The notes under the pieces are model-generated. The model made no database searches, was not told the DNA's origin, and worked only from the letters and a program-made list of their open reading frames with translations. Positions 49,670-58,482 of a stretch of DNA of 64,000 bases are shown here, piece by piece. The position numbers and the translations under genes were made by a program. How positions within the stretch are numbered: position 1 is the stretch's first letter; each line of letters opens with the position of its first letter. This DNA is from Candidatus Aenigmatarchaeota archaeon (lineage in GTDB: Archaea > Aenigmatarchaeota > Aenigmatarchaeia > CG10238-14 > SpSt-28), in contig JAWBMD010000001.1 in NCBI GenBank assembly GCA_039000985.1, positions 42,538 through 106,537 on the forward strand, given 5' to 3'.

Positions 49670-50968
49670 ATGGGGATATATATAAAAACATATGGTTGCA
49701 CTTCTAACAAATTCGATTCAGAAATAATGGCTGGTTTGTTAGCTAAAAATGGATTTAAATTGGCAAGTAATGAAAATGAAGCAGATATAATAATAGTTAA
49801 TACATGTGCAGTAAAATCAACAACAGAGGAAAAAATAATTAGTTATTTAAGTAAATTAAGCAATTCGAATAAAAAAGTAATAATAGCAGGTTGCTTACCA
49901 AGGGTAAATTTGGAAAGAATTAAAAAAGCAATACCAAATTACCATGCTATAATAGATGTTAAAAGCATAGATAAAATTGTTGATGCTGTAAAAATAGGCA
50001 GTGGTATAGAATTTTTTTCGGATAGTAAAACAGATAAACTTAGTTTACCAAGACAAAGTTTTAACGAGGTAATAGATATAATAAAAATTTCTGAAGGTTG
50101 TTTATCAAATTGTACTTTTTGTGCTACTAAATTATCTAGGGGTAAATTAAATAGCTTTAGGCCAGAAAAAATAAGAAGTGCTTTGATTGAAGGATTAAAA
50201 AATGGTAAAAAGGAATTTTGGTTAACTTCAGAAGATTGTAGCGCTTATGGTAGAGATATTGGTATAAATTTGATAGATCTTTTAAACTCTATAGCAAGAA
50301 TTGATGGAAAATATTTTGTTAGGGTTGGGATGATGAATCCTTTGCATTTTAAAAAAATTGAATTGAAAAATTTAGTGCAATCTTTTAAGAATGAAAAAAT
50401 ATTTAAGTTTTTGCATTTATGTGTTCAATCTTTTAGTGATAGAGTTTTGAAAGACATGAAAAGGGGTTATACTGTTAAAGATTTTTTAGAATATGTAAAT
50501 GGATTTAGAAAAGAAATAAATGAAATTACGCTTGAAACTGATATAATAGTTGGCTATCCAACAGAAAGAGAAAGTGATTTTAAAAAAACTGTTAAGTTTA
50601 TAAAAAAAGTGAAACCAGATATAGTTAATATATCTAGATTTTCAAAAAGAAGAGGAACAGAAGCATATAAATTAAAACAATTGCCAACTGAAGTTTGTAA
50701 GGAAAGAAGTAAAAAGCTTACTGAAATAGTTAAAAAAATAAGTTTGAAGAAAAATGAAAAATGGGTTGGTTGGGAAGGAATTTGTTTAGTTGATGAAATC
50801 GGTAAAAATAAAACTTATATAGCTAGAAATTATTGTTATAAGCCAATTGTTTTAAAAGCTAATGAGAATTTAATTGGTAAATTTGTTGAAGTTAAAATAG
50901 ATGGATATGGAGAAAGATATTTAGCTGGTTCTATTCTAAAACAACATATCTCCTCTGCTCCTGAATAA
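49670..50968 (+). CDS. mtaB: tRNA t6A37 methylthiotransferase (archaeal MiaB-like/MtaB)
   Basis: TYGC..N..DSE, NTCAVK, AGC, EGCLSNCTFC, RVGMMNP, DIIVGYP, C-terminal TRAM domain. Confidence 0.9.
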   Translation: MGIYIKTYGCTSNKFDSEIMAGLLAKNGFKLASNENEADIIIVNTCAVKSTTEEKIISYLSKLSNSNKKVIIAGCLPRVNLERIKKAIPNYHAIIDVKSIDKIVDAVKIGSGIEFFSDSKTDKLSLPRQSFNEVIDIIKISEGCLSNCTFCATKLSRGKLNSFRPEKIRSALIEGLKNGKKEFWLTSEDCSAYGRDIGINLIDLLNSIARIDGKYFVRVGMMNPLHFKKIELKNLVQSFKNEKIFKFLHLCVQSFSDRVLKDMKRGYTVKDFLEYVNGFRKEINEITLETDIIVGYPTERESDFKKTVKFIKKVKPDIVNISRFSKRRGTEAYKLKQLPTEVCKERSKKLTEIVKKISLKKNEKWVGWEGICLVDEIGKNKTYIARNYCYKPIVLKANENLIGKFVEVKIDGYGERYLAGSILKQHISSAPE

Positions 50969-52229
50969 TTCTTCTCCTCCTTTCTTCAAGCTCCTTTATT
51001 TTGCTTTCCAATTCCAAAATTTTTGTTTCAATTGAATCTATTTTGCTTTTTAATGTTGATATTTCATCAATTTTTTTATTTAACTCTTCAATGCTTTTTG
51101 ATTGAGAAGATAAGGCTGTTTCTAATGCTAAAATTGTATTTTTTAAATATTCAATTCTTTTCACATCTTGAGTTTTAATAGAAGATTTAATTTTTTCAAT
51201 TTCCTCATTAATTGTTGTTAATATGTTTTCAAAATCCTCAAGTTTAATTAATTTGTTTTCTGTTTCTTCAATTCTTCCTTTTATTTCGCTTAATTCTTTA
51301 CTTGTATTTTCAATTTCTATCATTTTTATTTTTAGCTGATCAATTTCTTCAAGAGTTGAGGAAATATCTTTTCTTGATTGGGATAAGTAGTCATATATTT
51401 TATTTATGTTAGATTTTACTTCAGATAATTCTTGGGTTAATGGGGTAATATCAAGTTTTTTCATTCTTTCTTCGATTTCTTTACTTTTGTTTGTTAGATC
51501 TTCTTTAATTCCCATAAGTTCTCTAAGTTTTTCTTCATAATAGCTTGCAAAGTTTTCTAGACTGCTCTTTATTCTTGATAAGTCACTTTTATTTACTTCA
51601 AATTCTTTTGATAAAGTTTCTAGCTTTTCACTAAACTTTTCAATAAAAGCTACTTTATCTCTCAATTGTTCTATTAATCTTTCAATTTCCTCACCCCTTT
51701 TAATACTTTTTTTAATTTCAAATATATCTTCTATAACTTCTTTAAATTTTGTTTCTATTTTAGTAAAATTATTTATTACATTATCAATCGAAGTTTTATA
51801 TTCAAGAAATTTAGCTTCCAAATTTCTTAAATCAGTTAATCTTTCATCCAAAACTTTTGCTACAGTTTCCAATATATCACTTTTCTTTTCCTCTATAATT
51901 TTTTTAGTTTCTGAAATAGATTGCTCCAAAGCTCTCTTAGTTATAACTTCTTTAGATACTTCTATTTGCTTTTCTAAATCTGAAAATTTAACATTAAACT
52001 TTAACAAGCTTTCTGATAAATCTTTCTCTAATATACTAACTCTTTCCAATGAATCTTTTAAGCTATTATATATTGTTTCTATTTTTTCAATATCCTCTTT
52101 AAGTTTTATAGGATCTATTTTTTCAGCTATTTCTCTAAAAAGTTTTTCTAATGTAGATAAACCAGCTTGCTCAACTAATATTAAATTTTCAAGCTTTTCT
52201 ATTTGTTCTTTAATTTCTTCTTCTGGCAT
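50931..52229 (-). CDS. Long coiled-coil protein, no recognisable catalytic domain
   Basis: 432 aa of near-continuous E/K/L/I heptads; no Walker motifs or TM. Confidence 0.8.
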   Translation of the reverse strand: MPEEEIKEQIEKLENLILVEQAGLSTLEKLFREIAEKIDPIKLKEDIEKIETIYNSLKDSLERVSILEKDLSESLLKFNVKFSDLEKQIEVSKEVITKRALEQSISETKKIIEEKKSDILETVAKVLDERLTDLRNLEAKFLEYKTSIDNVINNFTKIETKFKEVIEDIFEIKKSIKRGEEIERLIEQLRDKVAFIEKFSEKLETLSKEFEVNKSDLSRIKSSLENFASYYEEKLRELMGIKEDLTNKSKEIEERMKKLDITPLTQELSEVKSNINKIYDYLSQSRKDISSTLEEIDQLKIKMIEIENTSKELSEIKGRIEETENKLIKLEDFENILTTINEEIEKIKSSIKTQDVKRIEYLKNTILALETALSSQSKSIEELNKKIDEISTLKSKIDSIETKILELESKIKELEERRRRIIQEQRRYVVLE

Positions 52230-52268
52230 TTATTGCTATAATTTAATTTTTTCTTCAGGAAATATATT

Positions 52269-52550
52269 GTGAATAAATTGGAAAATTTAAAGGAGATCAT
52301 AAGACATGAACTAATAGGTTTAAATGTTTTAGTTCATAGCTCTACAAATAAATATCAAAAAGGTATAAAGGGGGTTGTTATTGACGAAACTTATAATTTA
52401 CTAATAATAGAAACTAAAAAAGGAATAAAAAAAGTTTTGAAAAAAGATTGCGTTTTTGTTTTTGATTTTAAAGGATATAAGGTTAAAGTAGATGGGAAAT
52501 TATTGATTGGAAGACCAGTTGATAGGATAAAGAAAAAACTACCATGCTAA
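52269..52550 (+). CDS. rnp1: Ribonuclease P protein component 1 (Rpp29)
   Basis: RHELIGL.V.V, GIKGVVIDETYN, VDG..L.GRP.DRIK. Confidence 0.94.
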   Translation: MNKLENLKEIIRHELIGLNVLVHSSTNKYQKGIKGVVIDETYNLLIIETKKGIKKVLKKDCVFVFDFKGYKVKVDGKLLIGRPVDRIKKKLPC

Positions 52551-53263
52551 TATTAGCTGGTTTAGGTTTATATGATGAGCTTGATATTACATTAAGGTTA
52601 ATAGAGGAAAGTAAAAAGTGCGATGAAATTTATATTGAAGAATATACTGGCAATTGGAAAGGTAATTTAGAAAATTTGGAAAAAATTTTGAGTAAAAAAA
52701 TTATAAAAGTTGAAAGAGATTTTTTAGAGGAGAAAAGTAGCTATTTAATAGAGGGAGCAAAAACAAAAAATATAATGATATTGGTTCAGGGGGATCCTCT
52801 AGTTTTAACAACGCATTTTTCTTTAATTCTAGATTGCATGAAAAATAATGTTAAATATAAAGTTATACACAATTCTTCTATTGTTTCTGCTGTTGCAAAA
52901 ACTGGATTACATATTCAAAAATTTGGCAGGATAGTTTCTTTACACAAAAAATTTGATACAATCTCAATAAAAAAATATATTGAGGAAAATAAAGCAGCTG
53001 GCTTACATACTTTATGTATTCTCGATTTGGATTTAAGTTTGAATGAAGCATTGGAAATTTTAGAAAAGCAAGATTGTTTAAAAAGTAATGAAAAAATTAT
53101 TGTTTTAATTAATGTTGGTTCTGATAAAGAAAAAATTTTTGGTGGAACTATAGATGAGTTAAAAAAATTGAAAATAGAGGATAAGCTAGTTTCTTTAGTC
53201 ATTCCCTCTACCGATTTACATTTTTTGGAGAAAGAGGCTTTAGAAAATTTAAACCTAAAATAA
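52544..53263 (+). CDS. dph5: Diphthine synthase
   Basis: GLGL....DIT, E.YT, GDPL..TTH, HNSSI, GL...KFG, N...GLHTL.ILD. Confidence 0.93.
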   Translation: MLILAGLGLYDELDITLRLIEESKKCDEIYIEEYTGNWKGNLENLEKILSKKIIKVERDFLEEKSSYLIEGAKTKNIMILVQGDPLVLTTHFSLILDCMKNNVKYKVIHNSSIVSAVAKTGLHIQKFGRIVSLHKKFDTISIKKYIEENKAAGLHTLCILDLDLSLNEALEILEKQDCLKSNEKIIVLINVGSDKEKIFGGTIDELKKLKIEDKLVSLVIPSTDLHFLEKEALENLNLK

Positions 53264-53371
53264 ACTAAAAATTCATCCAAATTTTCTAGCATATTATAGA
53301 GTTTTTCTAACTAGAATCTTTTTATCTTGTTAACTATAGATTTTGTAGAAAATTTAGTAATAAGCTTTAAT

Positions 53372-53445
53372 TGGGGGTGGTGGGATTTGAACCCACAACT
53401 CGCCGGTCTTCAGCCGGTTGCTCTCCCGGGTTGAGCTACACCCCC
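53372..53445 (-). tRNA. tRNA-Phe(GAA); CCA not encoded
   Basis: GGGGGTG/CACCCCC-A acceptor; D stem GCTC/GAGC; loop CT-GAA-GA with G37; T arm GTGGG-TTCAAAT-CCCAC; A27-C43 mismatch. Confidence 0.95.
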
Positions 53446-53473
53446 ATTTAAAAAATTTACAATAAAATAATTT

Positions 53474-53959
53474 ATGAAGTTTGAAATTATTAAAGTGAAT
53501 ATACCAGCAAATAGCAATATTATAGTGGCTCAATCTCATTTTATTAAAACAGTAGAAGATGTTGTTGAGTGTTTAGTTAATTGTGTACCAACAATAAAAT
53601 TTGGAATAGCTTTTAATGAAGGTAGTGGGAAATGTTTAGTTAGATATGAAGGTAATGATGAAGAGCTTTTGAAAACAGCTATAGATACAGCTAGCAAAGT
53701 AGCTGCTCCTCATACACTTTACATTTATATAAGAAATGCTTATCCAATAAACATTTTACCAAGATTAAAAGAAGTTCCAGAAATAGTTAATGTATTTTGT
53801 GCTACAGCTAATCCATTAAAAATTGTTGTTGTTGAAGATGAAGAAGGAAATAGAGGAATAATTGGTGTTATAGATGGTTTTAGAGTTAAAGGAATTGAAA
53901 ATGAGCAAGATAAGTTAGAAAGAAAAGAATTTTTGAGAAATATAGGTTATAAGTTATAA
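53474..53959 (+). CDS. Adenosine-specific kinase / AMP-binding DUF355 family protein
   Basis: QSHFIKTVED, FGIAFNE.SG..LVR..GND, AYPIN, FCATANP, GVIDG, LR.IGYK. Confidence 0.9.
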   Translation: MKFEIIKVNIPANSNIIVAQSHFIKTVEDVVECLVNCVPTIKFGIAFNEGSGKCLVRYEGNDEELLKTAIDTASKVAAPHTLYIYIRNAYPINILPRLKEVPEIVNVFCATANPLKIVVVEDEEGNRGIIGVIDGFRVKGIENEQDKLERKEFLRNIGYKL

Positions 53960-55222
53960 ATGGTTGTTCATGAAACAATAGTTGGTAGAATAAGAGAAGA
54001 TTTATTAAAGTTTGGAAAAGAGGGAACTGGTTATTTAGGAAAGCATATAGTTGGAAGTGGAGAAGAAGCTCATTTAACTACAAAAGTTTTAATCGATTTG
54101 TTAAAACCGCATGTAATTTTAATTGCTGGCAAAAGAGGAAGTGGAAAAAGTTATTCTGCTGGGGTAATTATTGAAGAATTTTTAATGTTAAAAGATGAAT
54201 ATAGAAAAAAAGCTTCTTTTATAATTATAGATCCAATGGGTATTTACTGGAGCATGAAATATCCAAATACTCAGCAAGAAGAATTATTAAAAAAATGGAA
54301 TTTAGAGCCAAGGAAATTTGATGTTAGGGTTTTTGTTCCCCATTTATTAAAAGAAGCTTATGAGAAAGCTGGCATACCAATAGATGGGTTAATTTCAATA
54401 GCTCCTAATGAAGTTACTGTAGAAGAATGGTTACAAACATTTGGTTTGAAGAGAACAGAGGAAATAGCTATTGCATTTGAAAAAGCTTATAATGAAGTTA
54501 GCAGCAAAATAAAAAATTTTTCTTTAGATGATTTGATAAATTTTGTTAAAAGTGATGAAACTTTAAGAAAAGAGGTTAGAGATGCATTAGTCAATATTCT
54601 TTCTGTAACTAAGGAATGGGGAATTTTTTCTGAAAAAGCTTTAGCAATAGAGGAATTAGTTAAAGGTGGGGAAGTTACTATTTTGGATGTATCGAGAATG
54701 AAAAGCATTGAAGTTAGAAATTTGTTAGTAGCTTTGCTTGTAAAAAAAATTTATTATTATAGGGTTTTATCTAGGAAAGAAGAGGAGAAAGCAAAAATTG
54801 AAAATAGAGAACCAAGGTTTTCTTTTCCATTAACATGGGTTGTTTTAGAAGAAGCACATAACTTTATTCCATCAAGCGAAAAAGTAGTTTCAACAGATCC
54901 AATATTAACTTTAGCAAAACAAGGTAGAGAGCCAGGTATTTCCTTAGTTTGTATAACACAAATGCCAAATAAAGTACATCAAGAAGTTTTAAGTCAATGT
55001 GATTTGGTTATTTGCTTTAGATTAACTAGTGAAGATGATATAAATGCTTTGCATTCTGTAATGCAAACTTATGTTAGAGAAGAAATAGAAAAATTTTTAG
55101 CTAGGTTACCAAGATGGCATGGTGCAGCTATAATTTTAGATGATAATTTGGAAAAAATATTCACAGTTAATATTAGACCTAGAATTTCTTGGCATGCTGG
55201 AGGTACAGCAGCATTAGCATGA
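53960..55222 (+). CDS. HerA/FtsK-like P-loop ATPase (DUF87)
   Basis: PHVILIAGKRGSGKSY, IDPMG, Walker B VVLEEAH, GREPG, TQ.P, SQCD. Confidence 0.88.
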   Translation: MVVHETIVGRIREDLLKFGKEGTGYLGKHIVGSGEEAHLTTKVLIDLLKPHVILIAGKRGSGKSYSAGVIIEEFLMLKDEYRKKASFIIIDPMGIYWSMKYPNTQQEELLKKWNLEPRKFDVRVFVPHLLKEAYEKAGIPIDGLISIAPNEVTVEEWLQTFGLKRTEEIAIAFEKAYNEVSSKIKNFSLDDLINFVKSDETLRKEVRDALVNILSVTKEWGIFSEKALAIEELVKGGEVTILDVSRMKSIEVRNLLVALLVKKIYYYRVLSRKEEEKAKIENREPRFSFPLTWVVLEEAHNFIPSSEKVVSTDPILTLAKQGREPGISLVCITQMPNKVHQEVLSQCDLVICFRLTSEDDINALHSVMQTYVREEIEKFLARLPRWHGAAIILDDNLEKIFTVNIRPRISWHAGGTAALA

Positions 55223-55770
55223 GTATTTTAATTACAATAATTTCATTTTTAATAGGGTTTATTGTTTCTTGGTTTATTTTTAGGATATATTTTTTTAATA
55301 GGTTAATAAAGTTTAGAGAATTTATAGCTGAAAAAGTAGTAAAAGTAATTATCCCAAAATCAATAAGAGCAAAGTTGATAGAGGCTATTTCTAAAGATAT
55401 AATTGAGCAGTTTGCACCATTTACAGAAAAGTTTAAAGAAAAGAATATTAATGCTATTGATGCTGTTTATTTAGGAGAACCAATAGATTTTATTGTTTTT
55501 GATGGTTGGAAATCTGGGGAAATAAAAAGAATAATTTTTGTTGAAGTAAAAGCTGGAGAAGCAGCAAAATTAACAAAAACAGAAAATGATATAAAAGAAA
55601 TTGTTAATAAAAAAGAAAAAATAGAGTTTGAGGAAATAGATTTTACAAAAGAAAAGCTTGTTAGTGAAGCAAAAATAAAAGAAGTTTTGGAATCTAGTAC
55701 AGAAAGCATTGAGATAAAAAATAAAATAATAAAAGAAATTAAAGAAGAGGAATTGAAAAAATTTATATGA
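55219..55770 (+). CDS. Membrane-anchored Holliday-junction-resolvase-like PD-(D/E)XK endonuclease
   Basis: N-terminal TM; EQFAPF, LGEPIDFIVFDG, FVEVK; start moved to ATG 55219 (ATGA overlap). Confidence 0.82.
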   Translation: MSILITIISFLIGFIVSWFIFRIYFFNRLIKFREFIAEKVVKVIIPKSIRAKLIEAISKDIIEQFAPFTEKFKEKNINAIDAVYLGEPIDFIVFDGWKSGEIKRIIFVEVKAGEAAKLTKTENDIKEIVNKKEKIEFEEIDFTKEKLVSEAKIKEVLESSTESIEIKNKIIKEIKEEELKKFI

Positions 55771-56528
55771 GATTGCTTTTGAATTTAAAAGCTTTAAACG
55801 ATTGCCAATATGATTTGAAATATTTTCATAAATTGCAAGGATTTATTTATAGCTTGCTTAAAGGAACTCAATATGATATTTTGCATGATAAAAAAGGATA
55901 CAAATTTTTTTGTTTTTCTAATGTTTTTCCTATTGGTGAAATTAAAGCTGGGAATAAAAGAAATTTATTAATATCTTCTCCAGACAAATTTTTTATAAAA
56001 ATTTTAGAGGAAAAATTAAAAAATTTATCAGATAATAAAAAAGCAATTAATATTGGTGAAATGCTTTTTGAAATAGAAAATATATTGATAATAAAAACAA
56101 AATTGAAAAAAGCTTGTAAGCTAATTTCTGCAACTCCAATTGTTATTAGAATTCCTGAAAAAAATTATGAAAAATATAATATACCAAAAGAATTTAGAAA
56201 GAAAAGATATGCTTATTGGCGTTCTATTTTTTCATTTGAAGCTTTTGTTAAGCAATTGGAGGAAAATTTGTTTAAAAAATATAGCGAATTTTATAAAACT
56301 AATATTGAAAGCTTTTCTTTGTTTGAGCAGTTTAAATTTAAAAAAGAAGTTTGTAATCATGTTATTATTAAAGGAAAAGAATATAAAGTAATAGGAAGCA
56401 TATGGGAATTTATGTTTAGTTATTTTGATAATGAGCAAAAAAAGATTTTAGAGTTTGGAATTGATTGTGGATTTGGTGAAAGAAATAGTTTAGGATTTGG
56501 GTTTATGAATGTGATGTTAGCAGGCTAG
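55767..56528 (+). CDS. cas6: CRISPR endoribonuclease Cas6
   Basis: LQGFIY, LHDKKGYKFFCFS, ATPIVIR, Gly-rich loop GFGERNSLGFG. Confidence 0.95.
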   Translation: MRLLLNLKALNDCQYDLKYFHKLQGFIYSLLKGTQYDILHDKKGYKFFCFSNVFPIGEIKAGNKRNLLISSPDKFFIKILEEKLKNLSDNKKAINIGEMLFEIENILIIKTKLKKACKLISATPIVIRIPEKNYEKYNIPKEFRKKRYAYWRSIFSFEAFVKQLEENLFKKYSEFYKTNIESFSLFEQFKFKKEVCNHVIIKGKEYKVIGSIWEFMFSYFDNEQKKILEFGIDCGFGERNSLGFGFMNVMLAG

Positions 56529-56533
56529 GTTAA

Positions 56534-56551
56534 TTTAAATAAATTTAAATA
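56534..56551 (+). promoter_or_regulatory. Tandem TATA-box-like TTTAAATA elements upstream of the Cascade genes
   Basis: TTTAAATA at 56534 and 56544; the second ends 22 nt before the ATG at 56574, fitting leaderless transcription. Confidence 0.45.
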
Positions 56552-56573
56552 TTTGTGCTAAAAAAATAATATT

Positions 56574-56876
56574 ATGTTCGATGAAATTTGGAGTTGGGCT
56601 TATAGAACTGGTATGATAATAAAAGAAAGGGATGAAAAGCTTTTAAGAATGTTAATTTTTGATATTCGCGGAGAGGAAACACCAGGTAGATTTTTAGAGA
56701 AATTATCAAATAGGTTATGTGAATATAGAACAAATAAAAATATAGGTTTAGATGTTTCTATTAAATCGGATTTGTTTAAAGTAAAGTGGCATGGAGATAA
56801 ATTTTATCATATGAAGGCTGCAATTATGGCAGGTTTAACAGATGCTTTATCTGTAAGGAGTAGGGAAAATGAGTAA
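56574..56876 (+). CDS. Probable Cascade small subunit (Cas11/Csa5-like)
   Basis: 100-aa helical protein directly before cas7; called by position and size. Confidence 0.65.
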   Translation: MFDEIWSWAYRTGMIIKERDEKLLRMLIFDIRGEETPGRFLEKLSNRLCEYRTNKNIGLDVSIKSDLFKVKWHGDKFYHMKAAIMAGLTDALSVRSRENE

Positions 56877-57804
56877 GGTTGTGCAAATATCTATAGTTGG
56901 AAAGGTTCACGGTAATGTAAATGCAGATGAAGTAATAGGTACAAGAATTACTTTGAAAAAAATGTATTCTTCAGCAGGAGAAGTTTTACCATTTGTTTCA
57001 GCAAGAGCTATAAAGTTTGCAATAAGGAAAGCTTTACGCGAAAAGGGATTGCCAGTAGATCCTCTACGTGTAAATCCAGAAGCAACAGAAACATTAAGAC
57101 TTAGTGATAGTGCTAGACCTAACGAGTTTATAGACAACGATATCTTTGGCTATATGCGAACTTTAGGAGAAAAAGGAGCATTGAAAAGACAGGCACCCAT
57201 AGCTTTATCCTATTTTAAGGCGTTAAAGGATACTCCAATAAAAGCAGAGTTCGCAGCAAGATTTCCCAGGTCATGGGGTGAAGAAGAAAGTCCAGCACCT
57301 TTTGAAATAGAGGTAGCGGAGTTTATTGGAAAAATAAATTGCATCATGTATGATTATATCGGTAATTTTACTTTAGATAGAAAAGTAGCTAAAAGTATTA
57401 AAAATAATGAAGAAGCGAAGAAATTTTTAGAAGAAGTACCTGAAAGTATAACTAATGAAGAAAGAAAGGAAAGAATAAAAGCTTTTTGTGAAGTATTTCT
57501 TACACCTTTATATGTTCTTTCCCGTGCTACAAATTCTTTGAATATTCCAGAATATATAGCTGGCTTAGTTGTGCTCTCAGAAAAAGGACCGCTTCCAGTT
57601 TTTCAATATCTAGATTATGACTTTGAGAAAAATGAATTAGATATAGAGAGCTTAAAGAGAATGGTGGAAAGAAATGAAATAAGGGAGAATATGAAAAAAA
57701 TTTTCCTAATAGATTATAAAGGAAAGATAAACGAAGTACTAAGTGGAATAGAAAAAGTAACTAGTGTAAATTCAGTTATTAATGAGATAGTTAATTTCCT
57801 CTAG
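56869..57804 (+). CDS. cas7: Cascade backbone Cas7 (DevR/Csa2-like)
   Basis: NVNADE, LKK, PFVSARAIKFAIR, DNDIFGYM, KRQAP, PFEIE. Confidence 0.9.
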   Translation: MSKVVQISIVGKVHGNVNADEVIGTRITLKKMYSSAGEVLPFVSARAIKFAIRKALREKGLPVDPLRVNPEATETLRLSDSARPNEFIDNDIFGYMRTLGEKGALKRQAPIALSYFKALKDTPIKAEFAARFPRSWGEEESPAPFEIEVAEFIGKINCIMYDYIGNFTLDRKVAKSIKNNEEAKKFLEEVPESITNEERKERIKAFCEVFLTPLYVLSRATNSLNIPEYIAGLVVLSEKGPLPVFQYLDYDFEKNELDIESLKRMVERNEIRENMKKIFLIDYKGKINEVLSGIEKVTSVNSVINEIVNFL

Positions 57805-57813
57805 ATTAACATA

Positions 57814-58482
57814 ATGAAAGCAATTGTAGTGAGAATAGCATTTTTTGAAGCATTTTTTAAAGTACATTATACTAAAACATCTAGATTAACGTATCCTATA
57901 CCATTACCAACTAGTGTAGCTGGAATTTTTGGTAGTATGTTAGGTTTATCTAGGAGAGATGCTTCTCAAAGATTTAAAGAATATTTTTTTGGTGCATCCC
58001 TAGTTAATGGAGATAATTATCGCGAAGCAAGAGAAAATGCAACATACATTCTTCATAAAAAGACAAGAGGAAAAGGTGTTGAGAATATTCATATAATTAA
58101 CGAACCTACCTACTTTATTTCTATTGCTGGAGAGGATTTAAATGAAATTTATACTAAACTGAAGAAAAATATAGAATATCTACCTTTCGGTGGGCAAAAT
58201 GATTTCTTTGTAAAAGATTGGGAAGTTGTAAAGTATAAAGATACAAGTGTTTCAACAGAAATTTCAAATTATTTACCATTAGATTGGTTTCAACCACTTC
58301 AAGATGTTCGTTTCGAAATATTACCAGTAATGCATAAACTTTCTCCAAATCCAGATTTTGTTTTTATTTTGGATGGAAAAGGGAAATCTCAAGAAAAGAT
58401 TTTGGTTTGTGAGTTTGAAGGGAAAAATATAGGTCTTTATAAACTAGAGGGTTTTTATTGCGTCGGAGAATGGTCTATATAA
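57814..58482 (+). CDS. cas5: Cas5
   Basis: AFFKV...RLTYPIPLPTSVAGIFGSMLG; YLPFGGQNDF. Confidence 0.92.
   Translation: MKAIVVRIAFFEAFFKVHYTKTSRLTYPIPLPTSVAGIFGSMLGLSRRDASQRFKEYFFGASLVNGDNYREARENATYILHKKTRGKGVENIHIINEPTYFISIAGEDLNEIYTKLKKNIEYLPFGGQNDFFVKDWEVVKYKDTSVSTEISNYLPLDWFQPLQDVRFEILPVMHKLSPNPDFVFILDGKGKSQEKILVCEFEGKNIGLYKLEGFYCVGEWSI

Noticed and set aside
53279..53355. AAATTTTCTA / TAGAAAATTT inverted repeat between dph5 and tRNA-Phe as a MITE or att site
   Set aside because: Only 10 bp, low complexity, no target duplication, tRNA 3' duplication or integrase; at most a terminator-like hairpin
53354..53539. ORF ending ELWVQIPPPP
   Set aside because: Translation across tRNA-Phe, not a protein gene
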